Positions 19,614 to 28,545 of a DNA stretch of 64,000 bases are shown here, piece by piece. Under the pieces are notes generated by a model. That model had not been told where the DNA came from. It did no database searches and saw nothing but the letters and a program-made list of their open reading frames with translations. The first letter of the stretch is position 1; each line of letters starts with the position of its first letter. The stretch is from Arcobacteraceae bacterium (GTDB lineage Bacteria; Campylobacterota; Campylobacteria; Campylobacterales; Arcobacteraceae), in the NCBI GenBank assembly GCA_965224485.1, contig CBDCZH010000010.1, positions 384,001 through 448,000 of the forward strand, in the 5' to 3' direction. The translations under genes and the position numbers were made by a program.

Positions 19614-20518
19614 CTTCTTTTAAAATTATAAAAGCTGGAATAATGACTTTAATTCAAGACTTAGGTCGATTTGAATATTCCAATATAGGAATTACTTCTT
19701 CAGGTGCTAGTGATGAGTATGCTTATAATATGGCTAATTTATTATTAGATAATACTTATGGAACAAATGCTCTTGAAATAAGTTTTTCTTCACTTAAAAT
19801 GCAGGCTTTAGGAGATACTATTATTAGTATAACAGGAGCTAATTTATCTTTTTATATTAATGATATTTTTTGTAAACCGTGGAGTACTTATAAAATTAAA
19901 AAAGGTGATATTTTACATTTTACTAAAAAAGTATCAGGACAAAAAGCATATTTGGCTGTAAAAGATGGTTTTATTTTAGAAAAAGAGTTAGGAAGTTATT
20001 CTACAAATATAAAAGAAGGTTTAGGTTTAGTTCTTAAAGAAAATATGAATCTTTCTTATAATAAAAATACTTTTTTATATACAAAAAGGTTAAAAGCTCA
20101 ATATATTCCTTCTTATGAAAATACTTTAACTCTTCGTGTTGTTTTAGCTTACCAAATAAATGACTTTCCAAAAGAAACAATACAAACATTCTTTAACTCA
20201 AGTTTTTCTTTAAGTAATGAATCAAATTTAATGGGAGCTAAATGTGAGGGACCACTAATACATACAAACAAAGAAGAGTTAATATCAGAAGGTATAGCTT
20301 ATGGTTCAATTCAAATACCAAATGATGGAAAACCTATAATTTTGTTAAAACAAAGACAAACAATAGGTGGTTATCCAAAAATAGGAAGTGTTTTAAGTCT
20401 TGATTGTTTTAAACTTTCTCAAGCTAAAAGTAAAACAAAAATAGTTTTTGAAGAAATATCTGTAAAAAAAGCGCAAAAAAAAGTAAAAAATTTCAAAAGA
20501 ATATTTTTTACTTTCTAG
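19610..20518 (+). CDS. pxpC: 5-oxoprolinase subunit C
   Basis: IQDLGR, SGASD, GSIQIPNDG.PIILL..QTIGGYPKIG. Confidence 0.92.
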   Translation: MTSFKIIKAGIMTLIQDLGRFEYSNIGITSSGASDEYAYNMANLLLDNTYGTNALEISFSSLKMQALGDTIISITGANLSFYINDIFCKPWSTYKIKKGDILHFTKKVSGQKAYLAVKDGFILEKELGSYSTNIKEGLGLVLKENMNLSYNKNTFLYTKRLKAQYIPSYENTLTLRVVLAYQINDFPKETIQTFFNSSFSLSNESNLMGAKCEGPLIHTNKEELISEGIAYGSIQIPNDGKPIILLKQRQTIGGYPKIGSVLSLDCFKLSQAKSKTKIVFEEISVKKAQKKVKNFKRIFFTF

Positions 20519-21314
20519 AAGATAGAATTCCATTTAATAAAATCTCAAGTTTGTCTTGAAACTTGTCATTTTTTATATACTCTTTAATTTTAAAATCAAA
20601 ACCAGTTTTAAAAACTATTCCAGCTTTACTTTTTAAAGTAGTATTTAATAATTCAACTTGTATATTAGAAATTATATATTTAAGTTCATTTATATCATTG
20701 CTTTTTATAAAAAGTATAAACTTACTTGAAAGGTATCTTACAAGTGAGTATTTAATCTCTTCTTGTTTTAAGTGTTTATTTAAAAACTTAGATACAAAAA
20801 TAAGTATATTATCAGAAATTAATCTACCATATTTACTAGTAATTTCATCAAAATCTGTAATTTCTAAAAGAACTATCATTCCTTTATCAACAAATTCAAT
20901 ATTTTTATTTAAAAACTTTTTATAAAGCCATTTTCTATTATATGCTTTTGTCAAAGAATCTTGAAATATAAGTTCTTGAACATCTAAAATATCTTTTTTT
21001 AGAGTTTGTAATTCATTTTGTGCTTTTTTCAAAGATTCTTTGTCATTGTTCATCATTGCTAGTTCTGCTTTATTTGTAACTTCTTCTAGGGAGTTAATGC
21101 TTGATATTGTACTGTTCATATAAGAAGATATTGAATTAAATTCTTCTACTAATACCTTACCCATCTCATCTTCAAACTTCTCTTCTTTTAAATCAATTTC
21201 AAATTCTTTTGCGTTTTTATCAAAAGTTTTAAAATATATTGAAGGCATAATGATATCATCTTGTAACAACTTAGATATAGTCATATCTGTTATTTGAATC
21301 AATTTATTTTTCAT
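20508..21314 (-). CDS. Degenerate GGDEF-domain protein
   Basis: Coiled coil followed by DSLTKAYNR; RYLSSKF replaces the R-x-GGDEF active site. Confidence 0.8.
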   Translation of the reverse strand: MKNKLIQITDMTISKLLQDDIIMPSIYFKTFDKNAKEFEIDLKEEKFEDEMGKVLVEEFNSISSYMNSTISSINSLEEVTNKAELAMMNNDKESLKKAQNELQTLKKDILDVQELIFQDSLTKAYNRKWLYKKFLNKNIEFVDKGMIVLLEITDFDEITSKYGRLISDNILIFVSKFLNKHLKQEEIKYSLVRYLSSKFILFIKSNDINELKYIISNIQVELLNTTLKSKAGIVFKTGFDFKIKEYIKNDKFQDKLEILLNGILSSRK

Positions 21315-22545
21315 TTTTCTCTTTCATTAAACTTTTTATAGGAACTGCTTTACTTATATAATAACCTTGTGAATAATCAATATCTAAAGATTTTACATAT
21401 CTTGATATTTTAAGATTAGAAACAAACTCTGCAATTACTTTAATTTCTTGTTCTTTACAAAAATAAACAATACTCTTAATTAGGTTTTTATAGATTTTTT
21501 CATCAATTCTTTTAATCAAAGAACCATCAATTTTAATATAATCTATATTAAGTTTTAAGATATGTTCATAATTTGAAAATCCAGTTCCAAAATCATCTAT
21601 TGCTATTTTAACATTATATTTTTTAAGTTCTTGTATAAATTCATTTACCATATCAAAATTATTAATTTTTTCACTCTCTAAAATTTCAATTGTTAGGTAT
21701 TTACCAATATCAGTACCTTTAAGTTTTGATATTATATTATTTTTTACTAAAGGATTTAAAATATCAGAAAATGCTAAATTAATACTTATATGTATTTTGT
21801 ACTCTTTTATATAAGAAATTACTTTTTCTATTAGAATAATCATAAGTTGAGTATACAGTCTATATTGTTTTGATTTCTCAATAAAATTTATAGGAGTAAT
21901 AACCTTACCCTTTTTATCAAATATTCTCATCAATGCTTCATATTTAATTATCTTAGACGTTTTATTACAGCTAATTGCTTGTAAATATGGTTCTACTTTT
22001 TTATTAACTATATTGTCTTTAATGATTTCTAATAAGTGCATATTTAAAAGTTCACTTTTATAATATGATGAGTCATAAAACATAAAGTGTGCATACTCTT
22101 TTTTTGCACAGTGCAGGGCTTTTTCTGTATATATTCTAAGACGTTTATCAGAGCTTTGTGAGCATCCTATTGTTAAATCAATTTGAATCTCACATTTTAT
22201 ATTTTTAAGTAAAAATTTATGAGAAATAACTTTATTAAAAATAAGGTCTTTTATTTTAATAATAAAATTTTGTTCTAAGTTCTCATGTATCTTTAGGGCA
22301 AATACATCTAAGTAAATATTCTTAAAATTTATTTTACAATCTTTTTTATACTCTTTATTTACTAAAGGAATAATCTCTTTTTTAAGTATTTCTTTAATTA
22401 GTACATATACTTGTTTAATAATATAGTTACCATTAGCAAATCCATAAATTGAGTTAATATCTCTTAAATGCAAAATATCTATTAAAAAAAGTGTTCTAAT
22501 TTTATTATTTAATTTTTTGTTTATAATATTATTCTTTTCTATCAT
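21304..22545 (-). CDS. EAL c-di-GMP phosphodiesterase with degenerate N-terminal GGDEF domain
   Basis: YEALMR, EILESE, IDDFGTGFS, KIDG, AEFV, QGYY. Confidence 0.9.
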   Translation of the reverse strand: MIEKNNIINKKLNNKIRTLFLIDILHLRDINSIYGFANGNYIIKQVYVLIKEILKKEIIPLVNKEYKKDCKINFKNIYLDVFALKIHENLEQNFIIKIKDLIFNKVISHKFLLKNIKCEIQIDLTIGCSQSSDKRLRIYTEKALHCAKKEYAHFMFYDSSYYKSELLNMHLLEIIKDNIVNKKVEPYLQAISCNKTSKIIKYEALMRIFDKKGKVITPINFIEKSKQYRLYTQLMIILIEKVISYIKEYKIHISINLAFSDILNPLVKNNIISKLKGTDIGKYLTIEILESEKINNFDMVNEFIQELKKYNVKIAIDDFGTGFSNYEHILKLNIDYIKIDGSLIKRIDEKIYKNLIKSIVYFCKEQEIKVIAEFVSNLKISRYVKSLDIDYSQGYYISKAVPIKSLMKEKNEK

Positions 22546-22757
22546 TAAGAATTCCCCTATACTATATATGTAGATAATATAATTTCTTTTTAAAAAGTGT
22601 ACAATAAAAAAATTATTTAAACAATTAAAAACTAAGAAAATGTCTTAATTTTATTGATTTTATTGCTTATTTTAAAATTATATATCTAAAAAAATAAAAA
22701 ATATTACTTTAACAAGATTTTTGTTAAAATCCTAAACTTAATAAACAGGATAAAAAT

Positions 22758-23402
22758 ATGACTAATATTGATATATCTAAAGTTAAGCTTGATGTGAATA
22801 TAAGCGAAATTTTAAATTTAGTATCAAATAAAAAAAGCTTTCAAATAGATATAAATTCAAAAATTTACGTAAATGAAGAGATTCCTTCTTTTATAGCTTG
22901 TATGTATAGAAGTAAAGAAGATAGTATTTCGAATATAGTAGATACAAGCTTAATTATACAAAAAGTATTTAAATCTTATAAACCACAAATAAATAAAGAT
23001 ATTTGTACCTTAAGTCCTTTAATGTGTTGGCAAGAAATAATTGACTTAAATAAAACTAAAATGTTGTATTTTGATCATCAAAGTGATGGGGTTGATTTAT
23101 TTGAAGATAAAGAACTTGAAGAAATGGGTTGGTTTGCAGCTGCTTTAGATATTACATATAGACAAATAGTTGAAGTTATTGAAAAAGAAGCACAAGGGTC
23201 TTTAGTTTATTATGATAATACTATTCAATTTAGTGGTTTTGCTTTAATTAAAGATATAAAAGAAGTAAGATTATTTGTAGAAGAGTTTATTAAAAATACA
23301 ATAGATACAAAAATAAAAGAAGATGAATTAGATTTTAATGATGAAGATATTATTGAAGCAATGGATTTTTTTAAAATTAAAGAGACAAAATGGAAGATTT
23401 AA
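22758..23402 (+). CDS. Hypothetical protein
   Basis: 214 aa, AGGA RBS, overlaps the start of dedA. Confidence 0.72.
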   Translation: MTNIDISKVKLDVNISEILNLVSNKKSFQIDINSKIYVNEEIPSFIACMYRSKEDSISNIVDTSLIIQKVFKSYKPQINKDICTLSPLMCWQEIIDLNKTKMLYFDHQSDGVDLFEDKELEEMGWFAAALDITYRQIVEVIEKEAQGSLVYYDNTIQFSGFALIKDIKEVRLFVEEFIKNTIDTKIKEDELDFNDEDIIEAMDFFKIKETKWKI

Positions 23403-23920
23403 TTAAAGAATGGGGTTATATAGCTCTATTTTTATACTCGTTTGGTGGTGGGTTCGTAGGTTTGGTAATAGCAGGAGTTTTATCATATGCAGGTGACTTA
23501 AATATTTATATTTGTATGTTAGTTGCAGGAAGTTCAAACTTTCTAGGAGATCAGTTCTTATTTTATATGGCAAGAACAAACAAAGCTTATGCTAAAACTA
23601 CTATTGCAAAATATGGAAGAAAAGTTGCTTATGCTCATTTATTAATGAGAAAATATGGTTCACCTGTTGTTTTTATACAAAAGTACATATATGGAGTAAA
23701 GACTTTAATTCCTTTAGCTATGGGACTAACAAAGTATTCATATAAAAAGTTTACTGTGTATAATATTTTTGCTACATCTTTATGGGCTGTTGTAATTGGT
23801 TATACAAGTTATTTAATGGGTGAGATTATTATAAATTTTGCAGAAGACTATAAATATTATGGGCTTGCATTTATATTACTGATTGTCTCTTTAGTAACAT
23901 ATTATTTTAAAAAAATATAA
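23390..23920 (+). CDS. dedA: DedA family membrane protein
   Basis: GD..LFYMAR, KYG..VFIQKYIYG.KT.IP..G. Confidence 0.88.
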   Translation: MEDLIKEWGYIALFLYSFGGGFVGLVIAGVLSYAGDLNIYICMLVAGSSNFLGDQFLFYMARTNKAYAKTTIAKYGRKVAYAHLLMRKYGSPVVFIQKYIYGVKTLIPLAMGLTKYSYKKFTVYNIFATSLWAVVIGYTSYLMGEIIINFAEDYKYYGLAFILLIVSLVTYYFKKI

Positions 23921-23929
23921 AAAGGTTCT

Positions 23930-25315
23930 ATTATCGAAAATTCTAAAAACTTCAAAAGTTTAAACTTACCTCAAGACTTATTAATTAATCTTGATTCTTT
24001 AGAATATAAAGAAATGACACAAATACAAGAGTTATCACTGCCTATAATCTTAGATAACAAAGATATAATTGCACAAGCAAAAACAGGAAGTGGAAAAACA
24101 CTCTCATTTGCTCTGCCTTTAATAGTGAATTTAGATGTAAAAAAATTCAGAATACAAAGTCTTATTTTAACACCAACAAGAGAACTAGCTTCTCAAGTGG
24201 CAGCGCAAATAAGAAAAATTGCAAGATATAAACATAATGTAAAAGTTCTAGAATTATGTGGAGGAGTTCCTTATGGACCTCAAGTTGGATCTTTATATCA
24301 TGGGGCTCATATAATAGTAGGAACACCAGGAAGAATTCTAAAACATTTAGAAGAAAAGAACTTGTCTTTTGAAAATATTAATACTTTAGTATTAGATGAA
24401 GCAGATAGAATGTTAGATATGGGATTTTATGAAGATATATCAAAAATCATTAAAGAAGTTCCAAAAAAGAGACAAACACTTTTATTTTCAGCAACTTATG
24501 AAGATAATATAGAAGAAATAGCAAAAGAGATTTGTATAAACCCTAGTTTTATTGAAGTTGCTTCTGTTCATTCAAATGTAAAAATAAATGAAAAGTTTTA
24601 TAAAGTGCAAGAAGAAAATAAAACAATTGCAATCTCAACTTTAATCTCAAATCTTAAACCAAGTTCTGTTTTAATTTTTTGTAATACAAAAGTTAAGTGT
24701 GATGAGTTAAGCGATGACCTTCACGACCTTGGATTTGATGTTTTAACCCTACACTCTGATTTAGATCAAAAAGACCGTGATGAGGTTCTAGTGATGTTTT
24801 CAAATAAGTCTTTTCCTATTTTAGTTGCAACTGATGTAGCTTCAAGGGGTTTAGATATTGATGATATCTCACTTGTTATAAATTATGACCTTGCAAAAGA
24901 TGAAAAAATACATACACATAGAATTGGAAGAACAGCAAGAGCTGGTAAGTCTGGACATGCTATTTCTTTATGTAACTCATATGATGAAGAAAAGATGTTT
25001 GAATTTAATGAGCTTTTAGATAAAAATTGTACTTTTGATGATATAAGTGCTTTTGAAGATGATACTTCTTTTAAACTTGATGCTGTATATAGAACTATTT
25101 ATATAAATGGTGGTAAAAAAAATAAAATAAGAGCAGGGGATTTATTAGGGGCATTAACTGGAACTATAGGTTTACATAAAGATGATATAGGAAAAATAAA
25201 TATTTTTAATTTTCACTCTTATGTTGCTGTTAAAAAAGAGTGTGAGAAAAAAGCCCTAGAAGGTTTAAATGATAATAGAATTAAAGGTAAGTATTATAAG
25301 GCTTATGGAAGATAA
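23930..25315 (+). CDS. dbpA: ATP-dependent DEAD-box RNA helicase DbpA; N-terminus extends upstream of the first ATG (24014)
   Basis: AKTGSGKT, PTRELA, DEAD, SAT, HRIGRTARAG, C-terminal GGKKNKIRAGD RNA-binding domain; in-frame Q-motif upstream of the ATG. Confidence 0.9.
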   Translation: MIENSKNFKSLNLPQDLLINLDSLEYKEMTQIQELSLPIILDNKDIIAQAKTGSGKTLSFALPLIVNLDVKKFRIQSLILTPTRELASQVAAQIRKIARYKHNVKVLELCGGVPYGPQVGSLYHGAHIIVGTPGRILKHLEEKNLSFENINTLVLDEADRMLDMGFYEDISKIIKEVPKKRQTLLFSATYEDNIEEIAKEICINPSFIEVASVHSNVKINEKFYKVQEENKTIAISTLISNLKPSSVLIFCNTKVKCDELSDDLHDLGFDVLTLHSDLDQKDRDEVLVMFSNKSFPILVATDVASRGLDIDDISLVINYDLAKDEKIHTHRIGRTARAGKSGHAISLCNSYDEEKMFEFNELLDKNCTFDDISAFEDDTSFKLDAVYRTIYINGGKKNKIRAGDLLGALTGTIGLHKDDIGKINIFNFHSYVAVKKECEKKALEGLNDNRIKGKYYKAYGR

Positions 25316-25339
25316 GACTCTTAAGAATTAAGAGTCTTA
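25313..25339. terminator. Hairpin between convergent dbpA and mscS
   Basis: TAAGACTCTTAA-GAA-TTAAGAGTCTTA. Confidence 0.6.
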
Positions 25340-25400
25340 GTTTAAATTATGTTAACTTGAAGAATAAACTTAAAATTATAAGTTTATTTTTTTACTAAAT

Positions 25401-26210
25401 TTATTTTTGTTCGTAAATATGAACATCTCTTTGTGGAAAAGGTATAGTGATATTATTATTATCAAGTGCTTTTTTTGCATGTTCTTGAATACCAAAAAAT
25501 ACATCCCAATAATCTTCACACTTGCACCAAGGCATCATCAGTAAATTTACAGAAGAATCTGCTAAAGCATTTACCCCAACAGCTGCTTGTGGATCTTTTA
25601 AAACTTTCGGATGATTATTCATCATTTCTAGTAAAACCTCTTTTGCTGTGTCTATATCACTATCATATGAAATACCAATTTCTAAATCAACTCTTACTTT
25701 TCCATTAGTAGTTACATTTACAATAGCATTATTAGATACACTTGAATTAGGTAAAATAATAGTTTTATTTTGAAATGTTGTTAAAATAGTATTAAAAATT
25801 TGTATCTCTTTTACTATTCCTAAATGTCCTTGAGATTCTATTAAATCACCAACCTTATAAGGTTTAAAAATTAATAGTAAAACTCCTCCTGCAAAGTTAG
25901 ATAAACTTCCTTGAAGTGCTAGACCAATAGCTAAACCAGCAGCTCCTAAAACAGCTATAAAAGAAGTTGTTGCAATTCCTATCATTGAAGCAACTGATAT
26001 AAATAAAAGAAGCTTTAAAATCCAAGATGTTAAACTAATAACAAAAGGGCTTAGTGTTTCATCTACGTTAGAAGCACTTAGTAACTTCTTTGTAAAACCA
26101 CCTACTAGGGTAATAATATATAATCCTAGAATTAAAACTATAAGAGCTAAAAAAAGTTTTGGAGCATATGTCATCGTAAGCTCAACTGCTTTGTCCATAT
26201 ATGTCTGCAT
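25401..26210 (-). CDS. mscS: Small-conductance mechanosensitive channel
   Basis: GAAGLAIGLALQGSLSNFAGG, KPYKVGD, IPFPQRDV. Confidence 0.93.
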   Translation of the reverse strand: MQTYMDKAVELTMTYAPKLFLALIVLILGLYIITLVGGFTKKLLSASNVDETLSPFVISLTSWILKLLLFISVASMIGIATTSFIAVLGAAGLAIGLALQGSLSNFAGGVLLLIFKPYKVGDLIESQGHLGIVKEIQIFNTILTTFQNKTIILPNSSVSNNAIVNVTTNGKVRVDLEIGISYDSDIDTAKEVLLEMMNNHPKVLKDPQAAVGVNALADSSVNLLMMPWCKCEDYWDVFFGIQEHAKKALDNNNITIPFPQRDVHIYEQK

Positions 26211-26305
26211 TTATATCCTTTAAATAATTATTTTATTATTTTAACATATTCTTTTTGAAATTAGCTAATTTATGATAAAATCTTTTTTTAAATAAAAGGA
26301 TTAAA

Positions 26306-26587
26306 ATGATAACTGCAAGTGCTAGACATATCTTAGTAGAAGATGAAAATTTTTGTAAAGAATTAAAAGAAAAAATAAACTCAAAAGAATTATCTTTTGA
26401 AGAGGCAGCTAAAGAGAATTCAACTTGTCCTTCAGGACAAAGTGGAGGTGATCTAGGTAGTTTTTCACAAGGACAAATGGTTCCAGAATTTGATAAGGTT
26501 GTATTTAACGAAGAGTTAAATGTTGTTCATGGACCAGTGCAAACTGAGTTTGGATTTCATTTATTAGAAATTACTTCAAGATCATAA
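26306..26587 (+). CDS. ppiC: Parvulin-type peptidyl-prolyl isomerase
   Basis: ASARHILV, STCPSG..GGDLG.F..GQMVPEFD, TEFGFHL. Confidence 0.93.
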   Translation: MITASARHILVEDENFCKELKEKINSKELSFEEAAKENSTCPSGQSGGDLGSFSQGQMVPEFDKVVFNEELNVVHGPVQTEFGFHLLEITSRS

Positions 26588-26588
26588 A

Positions 26589-26622
26589 AATTAAAAAAGA
26601 GATTTTCTTCTCTTTTTTAATT
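26589..26622. terminator. Bidirectional intrinsic terminator
   Basis: AATTAAAAAAGAGA-TTTTCT-TCTCTTTTTTAATT between convergent genes. Confidence 0.7.
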
Positions 26623-26624
26623 AT

Positions 26625-28523
26625 CTAAACTTCTTCTTTATCTAGTGCTTTATCTTCATCTTGAAACATATCTCTAATTTTTAAAAACTCATCTATATGT
26701 TTAAAAAATATATCTACTAAGATAGGGTCAAAGTGACCACCTTTTTCTTCTTCAAACATTTTAAAGATTCTTTCATCACTCCAGGCTTTTTTATAAACCC
26801 TGTCTGAGCCTAAAGCATCAAAAACATCTGCTAAAGCTGTAATTCTTCCATAAATATGAATCTCTTCGCCTTTTAAGCCTTGAGGGTAACCAGTTCCATT
26901 ATATTTTTCTTGATGTTCATGGGCAACAATAGCAGCAACTTTTAAAATTTCTCTATTAGAAGTATTTAACATCTCAAAACCTAATTGTGCATGGCGTTTC
27001 ATAACTTCAAACTCTTCATAAGTTAATTTACCTGGTTTATTCAATATCTGATCTGGAATTGCAACTTTTCCTATATCATGCATTGGACTTGCTAGTTTTA
27101 GTATTTCTGACTCTTTTTCGCTCATACCTAAATATGTAGCTAAGATTTTAGAATACTCAGCAACTCTTTTTACATGCATTCCTGTCTCTTTAGACCTAGC
27201 TTCTCCAATTGCTCCCATTCTAAAAACAACTTCTTTTTGTGTTTCTTCAATCTCTGTATTTAAAAGTTCAATCTCCCTATTCGCATCTGCTATTCTTTTT
27301 TGAGCTGTTATATCTTGCGAAATAGCTGTATAACATAAAAAATCACCCTTAATGTTATACTCAGGAGTAATAATAGTATAAACCCAATAATCACTACCAT
27401 CTTTTCTTCTATCTTGTATTTCACCTCTCCATGTATTTCCAGCTGTAATAGTTTGCCATAACTCTTCATATAACTCATTTGTAGTGTTTTTATGTCTTAC
27501 AATACTTTGTTGCTCATCTAATAATTCTTCTTTTTTATAACCAGAAATTTTACAAAAAGCTGTACTTACATACAGTATCTTTCCTTTTTTATTAGTTTTT
27601 GAAGCAATTACATGCTCATCAAAAGTTGATAAAAGACTATTTAGTTCATAATTTAAATTTTGGGCATTTTTCTGTTGGGTAATATTTGTAAATATATTTG
27701 TAAAATTAGAAAAATCACCATTATTATTATAAACTGGAAATCTTTTAACATAAGCCCAAAATGTACTTCCACTTTTAGTTTTATACATCAACTCACCTTT
27801 CCAGGCAATTTTTTTGGTATATGAATTTGTAATATCAGCTAAAACTTCTTCATCTTGTTCTTGATGTCTTAGTACCTTATGTGTTGTTCCTAATAATTCT
27901 TCTTTGTTATATTCAAATATTTTACAAAAAGCCTTACTAACATAAGTAATAGTTCCTTCTTCCTCTACTTTTGATGCAATTACACTTTTATCAAAAGAAG
28001 AGAGTAATTGATTTAAATCATAATTAAGTAAAGAGATTTCTTCTTTGGTTTTTTCTAAGGCTAAAATATTTTCATATGATCTAATAGCAGTTGTAACTGT
28101 TGTAATTAGTTTTTTTGATGTTAATTCTGTTTTTTCTTTATAATCATTGATTGCATAGTTAATAACAACATCGTTTTCAGGTACATCTGCTGCTTGTCCT
28201 GTTCTTAGAACTATTTGAATTAAGTGATTATTAAACTCTTCTCTTATTTTTTTTACAACTTTTAAACCAGCGTCATCAGTTTCCATAATTACATCTAATA
28301 AAACTAAAACAATATCATTATTCTCTTTTATAATTTCAATAGTTTCTTCACCTGAATAAGTAGATAAAAACTCAATTGATTTGTCTTTATATGAAAAATT
28401 CTTTAATACAGTTTTTGTTAATGTATGAACATCAATCTCATCATCTGCTATTAAAATTTTCCACTTTTCATTATTTGTCTTAGTCTCTTTTTTATTTTTT
28501 TTAAAAAAATTAATTTTTGCCAT
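26625..28523 (-). CDS. Response regulator: REC-PAS-PAS-HD-GYP c-di-GMP phosphodiesterase
   Basis: ILIADDE, LLDVIME, two PAS domains, ETGMHVKRV, HDIGK, GTGYP, ADVFDAL. Confidence 0.92.
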   Translation of the reverse strand: MAKINFFKKNKKETKTNNEKWKILIADDEIDVHTLTKTVLKNFSYKDKSIEFLSTYSGEETIEIIKENNDIVLVLLDVIMETDDAGLKVVKKIREEFNNHLIQIVLRTGQAADVPENDVVINYAINDYKEKTELTSKKLITTVTTAIRSYENILALEKTKEEISLLNYDLNQLLSSFDKSVIASKVEEEGTITYVSKAFCKIFEYNKEELLGTTHKVLRHQEQDEEVLADITNSYTKKIAWKGELMYKTKSGSTFWAYVKRFPVYNNNGDFSNFTNIFTNITQQKNAQNLNYELNSLLSTFDEHVIASKTNKKGKILYVSTAFCKISGYKKEELLDEQQSIVRHKNTTNELYEELWQTITAGNTWRGEIQDRRKDGSDYWVYTIITPEYNIKGDFLCYTAISQDITAQKRIADANREIELLNTEIEETQKEVVFRMGAIGEARSKETGMHVKRVAEYSKILATYLGMSEKESEILKLASPMHDIGKVAIPDQILNKPGKLTYEEFEVMKRHAQLGFEMLNTSNREILKVAAIVAHEHQEKYNGTGYPQGLKGEEIHIYGRITALADVFDALGSDRVYKKAWSDERIFKMFEEEKGGHFDPILVDIFFKHIDEFLKIRDMFQDEDKALDKEEV

Positions 28524-28545
28524 ATTTAACCTTTATTCTTATATA

